A stretch of 55,238 nucleotides of DNA from Candidatus Margulisiibacteriota bacterium. Its GTDB lineage: Bacteria; Margulisbacteria; Termititenacia; Termititenacales; Termititenacaceae. This document shows positions 26,603 to 39,770 of the stretch, piece by piece. Under the pieces are notes generated by a model that had not been told where the DNA came from, did no database searches, and worked only from the letters and a program-made list of their open reading frames with translations. Within the stretch, counting starts at the first letter, position 1. Each line of letters begins with the position of its first letter. A program made the translations under genes and the position numbers. The stretch lies in assembly GCA_031267055.1 (NCBI GenBank), contig JAIRZV010000033.1:1-55238 (forward strand), read 5' to 3'.

Positions 26603-27846
26603 TGGATATTTTCCGTTCCGGCTACAGCCCCTGGCGCAGTTTTGACTGGCGCTTGTTCGGGACCGGCTTGTTTTTGTCTTTGCTCGGTCTGGTGAGCGTG
26701 GCCGCGACGCACAATCCCGCGCAGCTCAAACGGCAAATAATCGCTCTGGTATTCGGCCTGCTTTTGTTTTTCGCGGTCAGCGCGCTGGACTTCCGCAAAT
26801 TCAGCCGCGCCGCGGAAATTTTATTTGGCCTGTCTATATTTCTCCTGATCGTGGTTTTAAATATGGGGCATACAGTTTACGGCGCGCAACGCTGGATCAA
26901 TCTGGCCGGTTTCACTTTTCAACCGGTCGAGCTGGTGAAGCTTTCCATGATTTTCATGCTGGCCAAATTTTTTGAGCAGCGGCAGGGTAAACTGGACACG
27001 ATTTTTGATATTTTGCCCGGCTTTGTGCTGGTCGGCGCGCCGTTTTTTCTGATTTACAAACAACCCGATCTCGGCTCGGCGATCGTCCTGGTGGTGATTT
27101 TTTTCTTCATGGCGTATTGGGCCGGCATGAAATTTTCGCGGCTTTTTATGCTGACTTCACCGCTTTTGAGCATTCTGGCTCTGTACGCGCTGCCGGTTTA
27201 TCCGTTGCTGTCCTGGGGGATTTATCTGGCGCTGATTTTTACCGCGCTCTGGCTACTGCATTTTCCGCTGCTGGACTCAGCCGTTTATTTCGGCCTCAAC
27301 TTTTTTTCCGGTTTATTTTCTTCGTTTTTTTGGCACAGTCTGTCCCTGTATCAGCGCAACCGCATTCTTTCTTTTATCAATCCCGACATCGATCCGCTGG
27401 CGCGCGGTTTGCGCTATCACACCGTGAAATCGGTGATCGCGGTGGGCAGCGGTGGTTTTGGAGGCAAAGGTTATTTGCAGGGCTCGCTGACTAATTTGCA
27501 GTATATTCCCCAGCAGCACACGGATTTTATTTTTTCGGTGATCGGCGAGGAATTTGGTTTTTGGGGCGCGGCGCTGACAGCGTTTTTGCTATTTTATTTA
27601 TTGAGCCGCGTTTACACTATTGCCGCGCAGTCCGATGATGCTTTTGGCCGTTATTTGACCGTCGGCATTCTGGCGCTTTTGGGTTTTCAGGTCGTCATCA
27701 ATATCGCCATGAATATCGGTCTCTCGCCGGTGGTCGGTTTGCCGCTGCCATTTATTTCTTACGGCGGCACCGCGTTGATCGTTTCTTGGCTGGGACTGGG
27801 ACTGGCGCAGTCGGTCTGTATGCACAAGAACACGATTAAGTTGTAA
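26602..27846 (+). CDS. rodA: SEDS-family peptidoglycan polymerase RodA
   Basis: Polytopic membrane protein with DFIFSVIGEEFGFWGA and PLPFISYGGTALI motifs. TAATG overlap with mrdA. Confidence 0.9.
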   Translation: MDIFRSGYSPWRSFDWRLFGTGLFLSLLGLVSVAATHNPAQLKRQIIALVFGLLLFFAVSALDFRKFSRAAEILFGLSIFLLIVVLNMGHTVYGAQRWINLAGFTFQPVELVKLSMIFMLAKFFEQRQGKLDTIFDILPGFVLVGAPFFLIYKQPDLGSAIVLVVIFFFMAYWAGMKFSRLFMLTSPLLSILALYALPVYPLLSWGIYLALIFTALWLLHFPLLDSAVYFGLNFFSGLFSSFFWHSLSLYQRNRILSFINPDIDPLARGLRYHTVKSVIAVGSGGFGGKGYLQGSLTNLQYIPQQHTDFIFSVIGEEFGFWGAALTAFLLFYLLSRVYTIAAQSDDAFGRYLTVGILALLGFQVVINIAMNIGLSPVVGLPLPFISYGGTALIVSWLGLGLAQSVCMHKNTIKL

Positions 27847-27893
27847 AAATGTGATTATATTTATTGCGCAAATATTTTTCCGTAATAAATATA

Positions 27894-27902
27894 TGATATA
27901 AT
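27894..27902 (+). promoter_or_regulatory. extended -10 box TGATATAAT upstream of glyA
   Basis: Read directly. Followed by a 36-nt leader carrying GAGGAGGA (27926-27933) before the ATG at 27939. Confidence 0.45.
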
Positions 27903-27938
27903 CCCCCTGTTTCAGAGCCAATTTTTGAGGAGGATTTA

Positions 27939-29219
27939 ATGGACGCTTTGCTGGAGCATCAATTAGCGCAAAAAGATCCGGAGATTTATCAGGCGATCGG
28001 CCAGGAGCTGCAACGCCAGCGGGATAAGATCGAGCTGATCGCTTCGGAGAATTTTACTTCGCCGGAAGTCATGGCGGCGCAAGGCTCCTGCCTCACCAAT
28101 AAATACGCGGAAGGCTACCCGGGTAAACGTTATTACGGCGGCTGCGAATTTGTCGATGTGGCCGAGGACTTGGCCCGCGAGCGCGCCAAAAAACTTTTCG
28201 GTGTGGAATACGTCAATGTGCAGCCACATTCCGGCGCGCAGGCGAATACGGCGGTGTATTTCGCGCTGCTCAAGCCCGGCGACAAAGTCATGGGTATGAA
28301 TCTTTCCCATGGCGGACATTTGACGCACGGCTCGCCGGCCAATCTCTCCGGCGCCTACTATCAGTTTGTGCCGTATGGCGTGGCGGAAAAAACGGAGCTC
28401 ATTGATTACGCCGCGCTGGAAGACCTGGCGCTCAAAGAAAAGCCCAAAATGATCGTGGCCGGCGCTTCGGCCTATCCGCGGATTATTGATTTTAAAAAAA
28501 TGCGCGAAATTGCCGATAAGATCGACGCGTTTCTTTTCGTGGACATGGCGCATATCGCCGGTCTGGTGGCCGCCGGTCTGCACCCCAGTCCGCTGCCTTA
28601 CGCGCATGTGACCACTACCACTACGCACAAAACTTTGCGCGGTCCGCGCGGCGGCCTGATTTTATGCAGCGCGGAGATGGAGAAAAAATTTAATTTCAAC
28701 AAAGCGATTTTTCCGGGCATACAAGGCGGCCCGCTCATGCACGTGATCGCGGCCAAGGCTGTGGCTCTGGGTGAGGCGCTCCGGCCGGAATTCAAAGAAT
28801 ATCAAAAGCAGGTGCTCCGCAACGCCGCGGCTATGGCGGAAGTGTTCCGGCAAAATGGTTTTCGTTTGGTGTCCGGCGGCACGGACAATCATCTCCTGCT
28901 GGTTGATGTGAAAGCCAAAAACGGCCTGACCGGCAAAATCGCGCAGTTGGTTCTCGATGAGATCGGCATCACGGTCAATAAAAACACCATACCTTTTGAG
29001 ACCGAGTCGCCTTTTGTAACCAGCGGCATACGCATCGGCGCTCCGGCGATAACTACGCGCGGTTTTCAGGAAAATGACGTGAGAGAAGTTGCGGAAATTA
29101 TTTGCACAGCTCTGTCCAATATCGAGGGCGAAAAAATTAAATCCGCGGTGGAAAATCAGTTGAAAAAACAGGTGGCAGAACTCTGCCGGCGAATTCCTTT
29201 ATACGGCGGCCGTTCATGA
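27939..29219 (+). CDS. glyA: serine hydroxymethyltransferase
   Basis: [24 protein letters not shown] and [14 protein letters not shown] (PLP-lysine motif). Confidence 0.95.
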   Translation: MDALLEHQLAQKDPEIYQAIGQELQRQRDKIELIASENFTSPEVMAAQGSCLTNKYAEGYPGKRYYGGCEFVDVAEDLARERAKKLFGVEYVNVQPHSGAQANTAVYFALLKPGDKVMGMNLSHGGHLTHGSPANLSGAYYQFVPYGVAEKTELIDYAALEDLALKEKPKMIVAGASAYPRIIDFKKMREIADKIDAFLFVDMAHIAGLVAAGLHPSPLPYAHVTTTTTHKTLRGPRGGLILCSAEMEKKFNFNKAIFPGIQGGPLMHVIAAKAVALGEALRPEFKEYQKQVLRNAAAMAEVFRQNGFRLVSGGTDNHLLLVDVKAKNGLTGKIAQLVLDEIGITVNKNTIPFETESPFVTSGIRIGAPAITTRGFQENDVREVAEIICTALSNIEGEKIKSAVENQLKKQVAELCRRIPLYGGRS

Positions 29220-29719
29220 CGGAAGAGTTAAAAACAACACAAACTTTATTTCCTGATGATACAGCGGCGCAGCCGCGCCCGAGCTGGGACGAGTATTTTA
29301 TGGGCTTGGCTGAAATGGTGGCCAAGCGTTCGACCTGTCTGCGCCGGCAAGTGGGCGCGGTGATTGTCAATGACAAACATATTTTGACCACGGGTTACAA
29401 CGGCGCACCACGCGGCATTCAAAACTGTTTGGAGCTGGGAGTTTGTCTGCGGCAGGAAATGAAAGTGCCGTCCAGCGAGCGTCATGAATTGTGCCGCGGC
29501 TCTCATGCTGAGCAAAACGCGATCACGCAAGCGTCCTATCACGGCGTGCGGATCAGCGGCGCGACCCTCTACTGCACGCATATGCCCTGCATTATTTGCA
29601 CCAAGATGATCATCAATGCCGGCATCAAGCGCATCGTTTTCAAAAATTTTTACCCCGATGATCTCGCCGTGCAAATGCTCAACGAGTCCAAAATTGAATT
29701 AGTGGTGTTTAAGGGGTAA
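29216..29719 (+). CDS. deoxycytidylate (dCMP) deaminase, ComEB-like
   Basis: Zinc-binding HAEQNA ... [14 protein letters not shown] motifs. N-terminal [18 protein letters not shown] is typical of dCMP deaminases. Confidence 0.85.
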   Translation: MTEELKTTQTLFPDDTAAQPRPSWDEYFMGLAEMVAKRSTCLRRQVGAVIVNDKHILTTGYNGAPRGIQNCLELGVCLRQEMKVPSSERHELCRGSHAEQNAITQASYHGVRISGATLYCTHMPCIICTKMIINAGIKRIVFKNFYPDDLAVQMLNESKIELVVFKG

Positions 29720-29721
29720 AT

Positions 29722-30570
29722 ATGGCCGAGCAAATCGCCTATCTGGGTCCCAAAGGCACTTATTGCAGTCAGGCTGTGGAAAAATATTTGCGCCGGCAAG
29801 GGAAAAAAATTGAAGCGATTCCGCTGAATACCATAACGGAAGTCATACACAGCGTAAACACCTGCAAATACAAATACGGTATTGTGCCGATGGAAAACAC
29901 TATCGAAGGCAGTGTCAGCGCTACGCTGGACAAACTGGCCAATAAAAGAAACTCTTTGTATATCATCAGCGAGATCGATATTTCCGTCAAACATCAGTTG
30001 CTGGCTTTACCGAACGCGCGGCTGGGAGAAATCAAAGAAGTAATTTCTCACACGCAGGCTTTGGAGCAATGCCGCGATTTTCTTTTCGCCAAATTACCAA
30101 ACGCTAAAATTATGCTGGCCAAAAGCACCGCGCAAGCCGTGCTTAAGGTTAAAGAAAAAAAACAGCCTTGCCGCGCCGCGGTCGGCTCGCGTGAAGCCGC
30201 GCGCAAATACGGCTTGAAAATATTGATCCGCGATATTGCCGATTACAAAGACAATGTCACCCGTTTTGTCGTGCTGTCTAAAGAAAAAGAAATGATCAGA
30301 GACAAAGACGCGATAACGGCTTTTGTTTTTTCCTGCAAAAAAGACAGGCCGGGCGGCTTGTATGAAATTTTGGGTTTTTTAGCCAAAGATAAGATCAATA
30401 TGACCAAAATTGAATCCCGTCCCAGCAAAGTGGTGATGGGCGATTATATTTTTTTCATCGACATTGCCGGCAATCATTATATTCAGCCCAAAGTTGCCCA
30501 GGCCTTGCGCAATATCGAAAAACACAGCGATTATTTTAAATTATTAGGCGTGTATCAGCGCAAGAAGTAG
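29722..30570 (+). CDS. pheA: prephenate dehydratase
   Basis: IAYLGPKGTYCSQA start, PMENTIEGSV, and a C-terminal ACT region with NMTKIESRPSK. Confidence 0.9.
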   Translation: MAEQIAYLGPKGTYCSQAVEKYLRRQGKKIEAIPLNTITEVIHSVNTCKYKYGIVPMENTIEGSVSATLDKLANKRNSLYIISEIDISVKHQLLALPNARLGEIKEVISHTQALEQCRDFLFAKLPNAKIMLAKSTAQAVLKVKEKKQPCRAAVGSREAARKYGLKILIRDIADYKDNVTRFVVLSKEKEMIRDKDAITAFVFSCKKDRPGGLYEILGFLAKDKINMTKIESRPSKVVMGDYIFFIDIAGNHYIQPKVAQALRNIEKHSDYFKLLGVYQRKK

Positions 30571-30575
30571 TTTTT

Positions 30576-30658
30576 GTTGCGGCAAATGTTTTGCCAAAGC
30601 GCGAACGTAACCTTCATGACTATGTCGTGTTCGCGCGGGCAAAGATATTTGCCGCAAC
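30576..30658. repeat. ~85-nt palindromic intergenic element, copy 2
   Basis: GTTGCGGCAAATGTTTTGCCAAAGCGCGAACG - TAACCTTCATGACTATGT - CGTGTTCGCGCGGGCAAAGATATTTGCCGCAAC. Same core as 23358-23443. Confidence 0.85.
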
Positions 30659-30664
30659 ATATAA

Positions 30665-31930
<1,266 letters not shown>

Positions 31931-31940
31931 ATACTTATTT

Positions 31941-32963
31941 TTATTGTTCCGTGTTTTCTTGTGCCAACAAAGCCCTAACCTCGCTAATCAATTGTTCTTT
32001 ATCCGGTATATAGTAGGTATAGCGCGATGCAAAAATATTATTTTCCAGACCACCTAACGCATACTCTGCCATAACGTCGTGCTTGTCAGCGCATAAAACT
32101 ATTCCGATTGCTTGCTGGTCATCCTCCGCCTTAACTTCAGAGTTATAGTAATTTAGATACATATTCATTTGTCCAATATGTTCCGGCGTTAAGTGCCCTG
32201 TTTTTAGGTCGATCAGCACATAAGCTTTCAGCATTTTGTTATAGAAAACCATATCGACATAATAATGATTACTGCCTAGCGTTATTCTCTGTTGGCTACC
32301 CACGAACATAAAACCACGCCCAAGTTCTAACAAAAAATCTTCAATGTGCCGGATTAGTTTGTACTCTAAATCTTTTTCAAGCAGCGGTTTCTCTTCACGC
32401 ACTCCTAAAAACTCAAAAACATATGGGTCTTTGAGAATATCCTGCGGCTTGTCTAAGACGACACCTTGTTTCGACAGTGTTAAAATTGTCTGCTTATTCG
32501 CTTGGCCGTCTGATAGCAAAAGTCGTTCAAATAACGATGTTTCTATCTGCCGTTTTAATTCGCGGACTGACCAGCCAGAGTTTAGGCATTCTTGCTCATA
32601 AAATGACCGCTTGTCTTTATCGGAAATTATTAAAAGCTCACAAATGTGCGACCAAGACAATTTGCCAGACACTGTCTGGCAAATTGGGTAGGCCAGGTAA
32701 AAATTACGCATATTTTGTAAATTAGAGCGTGAAAAACCCGTTCCTAACTCTTTGGTTAGTTTTTTTGCTAGTTCTTTTAACAATTGTTTTCCGTATTGTG
32801 CTCTAACATCGCCATTTTGTTCATGGTCTACAATGAGCCGTCCTATTTTCCAATATGTTTTTACTAGGTGTTGATTTACTTCGCGCGCTACATTTGACCG
32901 GGTCTGCTCTATCAATAATTTTATCTGCTTAGTAATATTATCAATATCTAGGATTTCCGCCAT
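31941..32963 (-). CDS. DUF1016 (YhcG-like) PDDEXK-family nuclease-domain protein
   Basis: N-terminal LVKTYWKIGRLIV...QYGKQLLKELAKKL...GFSRSNLQNMRNFY is typical of DUF1016. C-terminal core YYVDMVFYN...YVLIDLKTG is a D...(D/E)xK nuclease core. Confidence 0.8.
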   Translation of the reverse strand: MAEILDIDNITKQIKLLIEQTRSNVAREVNQHLVKTYWKIGRLIVDHEQNGDVRAQYGKQLLKELAKKLTKELGTGFSRSNLQNMRNFYLAYPICQTVSGKLSWSHICELLIISDKDKRSFYEQECLNSGWSVRELKRQIETSLFERLLLSDGQANKQTILTLSKQGVVLDKPQDILKDPYVFEFLGVREEKPLLEKDLEYKLIRHIEDFLLELGRGFMFVGSQQRITLGSNHYYVDMVFYNKMLKAYVLIDLKTGHLTPEHIGQMNMYLNYYNSEVKAEDDQQAIGIVLCADKHDVMAEYALGGLENNIFASRYTYYIPDKEQLISEVRALLAQENTEQ

Positions 32964-33003
32964 TGTCGACCTCGGTGTTTATCTTAACATACTGTACACA
33001 AAA

Positions 33004-33075
33004 AACACCGACGGTTCGATAACTGTGCCGGAGGTTTTGCGACCGTATCTGGGCGGCTTGACTAAAATTGCGTAA
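33004..33075 (+). pseudogene. orphaned duplicate of the last 24 codons of serS (in frame, own TAA)
   Basis: 60 of 72 nt identical to 31859-31930 by hand alignment. Translates NTDGSITVPEVLRPYLGGLTKIA* versus [23 protein letters not shown]. Confidence 0.85.
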
Positions 33076-33081
33076 ATAGTT

Positions 33082-34095
33082 TTAAGCTATTTTCTTAATG
33101 TAAATCACGCTGTAATAACTGGGCAGCACATCGAACGCCTGTCCGCCGCCAGTGTTGTTGTTCGTTTCAGAAATGCCAGTCTTATTGCTATTTACACTAG
33201 GGGTGGTTGTCCATGAATTTTCTGCTCCGGCTCTAGTACCATCATACACAAAATATGTTCCGTAGGGATGAGTATCAGCCTCTCCATCACCAGCAGCTGA
33301 GTTAGGTGCTTTGTGATCATGTCCATTATCTGTAATGCTGTGTTTATGCGCTGGCAAATGCTGTGTACCTAAAGTCATTTGCCCATCGCCGGTAGCGGCC
33401 TTGTTGCCGTTGCCTTTGATAAATTTATCTTCAAGATTTGGCGTTAAGTTCAGATTTTTATTAGCCGCAGTACAGGCGTACCAGCCGGGCAAGGTTGTAT
33501 CATCCAACCACCCTGCGCCGTCATACATCAGTATGGTTCCTATGGGCAACTCTTTTTGAAAACTCAAGCTGCTTACAGTCGTTTTTAAAGCGCTTACGTC
33601 GATCTGCAATCCACTTACATCAGTTTGTAATGTGCTCAGGTCACTGGCGCTAAGTTTGTTAGCCAAAGCTGTCGCCACCGCTTTTTCTGTGGGTATCTTG
33701 TTATCGTTGGCCTTGGTCGTGTCAGTCTCCAGAAGTGTGGTTTTAGTCAGCGTGCCGAGAGTTCCGGCTGTTGTTGTTTTGGTTAAAATATCATCAGCTG
33801 TGCCGGCGCCGATCTTATCCTGCTTACCGCTCAAGCCAGTACTTATCGTAGTACTCAACGCATCGAGATTTTTCCCAACCAGTTTTGAGGTCGGATAGTA
33901 GCTGTCGCTGGCAGAGCTAGCGGTCAAAGTCGCCGTGGCGTCTGTTGAATATAATTGTTTGTTGGCGACCTTTTCTTTAGTATGTAAAGCATTTCTCATT
34001 CCCGTAGCCGAAAGGCTTTTGCCAGTGTTGATATTGTAACTTGCTCCTTTAAAATCCGTGTCTGTTGCGTCCGTATAATTGCCTGCGTTTGCCAT
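33082..34095 (-). CDS. phage tail-fibre-like protein with C-terminal tail-collar (MdpB/COG4675-type) domain, copy 1
   Basis: Tail-fibre-type repeats YYPTSKLVGKNL and KIPTEKAVATAL, and a heptad-like LSTLQTDVSGLQIDVSALKTTV. Collar domain PIGTILMYDGAGW...GWYAC...LEDKFIKG...LPAHKHS...GGGQAFDVLPSYYSVIYIKK. ATG 34095 is preferred over 34101 because of RBS spacing (AGAGGGGG). Confidence 0.8.
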   Translation of the reverse strand: MANAGNYTDATDTDFKGASYNINTGKSLSATGMRNALHTKEKVANKQLYSTDATATLTASSASDSYYPTSKLVGKNLDALSTTISTGLSGKQDKIGAGTADDILTKTTTAGTLGTLTKTTLLETDTTKANDNKIPTEKAVATALANKLSASDLSTLQTDVSGLQIDVSALKTTVSSLSFQKELPIGTILMYDGAGWLDDTTLPGWYACTAANKNLNLTPNLEDKFIKGNGNKAATGDGQMTLGTQHLPAHKHSITDNGHDHKAPNSAAGDGEADTHPYGTYFVYDGTRAGAENSWTTTPSVNSNKTGISETNNNTGGGQAFDVLPSYYSVIYIKKIA

Positions 34096-34145
34096 AAACA
34101 TACCCCCTCTTTTATACTGTAATTAACTATATGATAATTCACAAA

Positions 34146-34160
34146 TTGCTAATTGTCAAG
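34146..34160. promoter_or_regulatory. 15-bp operator-like motif TTGCTAATTGTCAAG in divergent promoter region 1; overlaps the TTGACA -35 of the collar-1 promoter
   Basis: 14/15 identical to 35476-35490. Ends exactly 29 nt before the XRE ATG in both cassettes. Minus strand reads CTTGACA-N16-TATCAT. Imperfect dyad TTG..AATT..CAA. Confidence 0.6.
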
Positions 34161-34188
34161 CATTTGCTGTTAGAATATAAACCTGTTC

Positions 34189-34515
34189 ATGGATTTGAAG
34201 CAGATTTTTACCCAAAATTTGCGGCGTTTGCGTGCTGAGTCCGGTGTTTCCCAGATGAGACTAGCCGAGCTTTGCGGCACTTCGGCCAGCTATATCGGTG
34301 CGATCGAGATCGGGATCAGATTTCCTTCGATGAAGCTATTGGCTAAAATTGCCGAAGCGCTGAGCGTAAAACCTTATCAGTTTTTTCTGGAAGAGGAGGA
34401 TAACGCCGTGCCTCTGCGCCGGGCGATGTTCAGGCCGGACAAACAGAAATATTTGCTGCAAAAATATATTCTGACCCAACTGGAAACTATGCAGCGGCAG
34501 GTGAAAAGATATTAA
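34189..34515 (+). CDS. XRE-family helix-turn-helix transcriptional regulator, copy 1
   Basis: NLRRLRAESGVSQMRLAELCGTSASYIGAIEIGIRFPSMKLLAKIAEALSVKPYQFF is a canonical Cro/C1-type HTH. Confidence 0.85.
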   Translation: MDLKQIFTQNLRRLRAESGVSQMRLAELCGTSASYIGAIEIGIRFPSMKLLAKIAEALSVKPYQFFLEEEDNAVPLRRAMFRPDKQKYLLQKYILTQLETMQRQVKRY

Positions 34516-34536
34516 AAGTACGCGCCAATTTTTCGA

Positions 34537-35406
34537 TCAAACCATTTTTTTAATATAGATCACTGTGTAATACGCCGGCACTACATCGAACGCCGTGCCG
34601 CTTCCGGTATTGCCGATAGCGCCTCCGGAGATTGTAGGAGAACCCCCTGCGGCTCCAGTGTTGCCGGTGATGCTGTGTCCATGAGTAGCGTTGTCGCTTC
34701 CGGTGCTGCCGGTAATGCCATGTCCATGAGCGGCGCCGTCGTTTGCTGTGGAGCCGGAAACAGTGGCGGTATGCGCATGAGAGCCGGTAGTGTTTGCTAT
34801 AGTAATACCCGTCGTAGCTCTACCAGTATTCCCGTCTATGGCGCCTTCCCAATAGCTATAATTATTGCCATTTCCATTTAACCTCTCATAGGTTTTTATA
34901 GAGTGCGTATGTCCCGGATCAGTGACCGTGTGCCCGTGCGTTCCGCCGGTTATTGTCACGGCCAAAGTGCCATTGCCATGCGAATGAGTAGCCGAGCCAC
35001 TGGCGGCAGCTAATGTGCCAACATCATGTGAATGGCTTGCCGAACTGCTGGAGGCAGCCAAAGTGCCAACACCATGCGAGTGTTCGCCGCCGCTGATGGT
35101 TAATTCGCCTAATGTATGATTATGACTGGGCAGATTATCTACCGTTAAAGTTGCCGTCCCGCCACCAGCGCCGCCAGATGTTGCGCCACCTTTAATAAAT
35201 CTATCCCGCAGATCCGGCATAGTTACCTCGCCACGCCCGGGTATGTTTTTTTTCTGCCCGTCGCAGATATACCAGCCGCCACGTCCGTCCAGCCAGCTGC
35301 CGTCCATCAACATGATCATGCCTACTGGGAAAAAAGTTAGATCGAGCATATCGCTGGCCAACAGTCGTTCCCCGCTGGCTATTTTGGTGTCGAATATTCT
35401 ACTCAT
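34537..35406 (-). CDS. tail-collar-domain protein with nine HxH motifs, copy 2
   Basis: PVGMIMLMDGSW...GWYICDG...LRDRFIKG...LPSHNH ... GSGTAFDVVPAYYTVIYIKK. The central insert repeats G-x-x-H-x-H (EHSHG, SHSHD, THSHG, THGHT, GHTHS, SHAHT, AHGHG, THGHS). Confidence 0.8.
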   Translation of the reverse strand: MSRIFDTKIASGERLLASDMLDLTFFPVGMIMLMDGSWLDGRGGWYICDGQKKNIPGRGEVTMPDLRDRFIKGGATSGGAGGGTATLTVDNLPSHNHTLGELTISGGEHSHGVGTLAASSSSASHSHDVGTLAAASGSATHSHGNGTLAVTITGGTHGHTVTDPGHTHSIKTYERLNGNGNNYSYWEGAIDGNTGRATTGITIANTTGSHAHTATVSGSTANDGAAHGHGITGSTGSDNATHGHSITGNTGAAGGSPTISGGAIGNTGSGTAFDVVPAYYTVIYIKKMV

Positions 35407-35475
35407 GGTAAGCCCCCTTTTTTATTTACTTATAGTTATATTTACCATTAGTCAGTAATAAATTATACTTGTTAT

Positions 35476-35490
35476 TTGCAAATTGTCAAG
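35476..35490. promoter_or_regulatory. 15-bp operator-like motif TTGCAAATTGTCAAG in divergent promoter region 2; overlaps the -35 of the collar-2 promoter
   Basis: Minus strand reads TTGACA (35488-35483), a 15-nt spacer, then TATAAT (35467-35462). The motif ends 29 nt before the XRE-2 ATG at 35519. Confidence 0.6.
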
Positions 35491-35518
35491 AGATATATAC
35501 CTAGACTATAAGTCTGGA

Positions 35519-35833
35519 ATGAGTTTGCGAAAACTTTTTATCGCTAATTTGCGCAAGATCCGCCGCGCCTCCGGCATTTCGCAAATGGAGTTGGCCGAGC
35601 TTTGCAACACTTCGGTTAATTATATCGGCACGATCGAAATGGGCATCAGATTCCCTTCCATGGAGATGATCGAGAAAATTGCCGCCGCGCTGCAAACCAA
35701 ACCTTACGAGTTTTTTCTGGAAAATTCCCCCGCGCCGGTCAAAAAACCGATCAGGCAGATCCAGCCCGAATTATTAAGAAAATATGTGCTCAATCAATTG
35801 GACAAGGTAACGCGCAAAATTCGCAAATACTAA
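35519..35833 (+). CDS. XRE-family helix-turn-helix transcriptional regulator, copy 2
   Basis: MSLRKLFIANLRKIRRASGISQMELAELCNTSVNYIGTIEMGIRFPSMEMIEKIAAALQTKPYEFF. The start is set at ATG 35519, aligning with copy 1. The ORF-track TTG at 35483 lies inside the operator motif. Confidence 0.8.
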   Translation: MSLRKLFIANLRKIRRASGISQMELAELCNTSVNYIGTIEMGIRFPSMEMIEKIAAALQTKPYEFFLENSPAPVKKPIRQIQPELLRKYVLNQLDKVTRKIRKY

Positions 35834-35853
35834 TTTCGGGTTTATTTTTTTAA

Positions 35854-39770
<3,917 letters not shown>

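Noticed and set aside
27963-28628. 221-aa ORF antisense to glyA. Similar long antisense ORFs lie in pyrG (35842-36495, 36559-37440), scpA (49986-50600), mrdA (25928-26452) and the a2m gene.
   Set aside because: The sense-strand genes carry unmistakable family motifs. The antisense products are Arg/His/Phe-rich shadow ORFs typical of mid-to-high-GC coding DNA.
35483-35518. TTG start given by the ORF track for the second XRE regulator.
   Set aside because: The TTG lies inside the conserved operator and -35 motif. The ATG at 35519 aligns with the start of the paralogue and has identical spacing to the motif.
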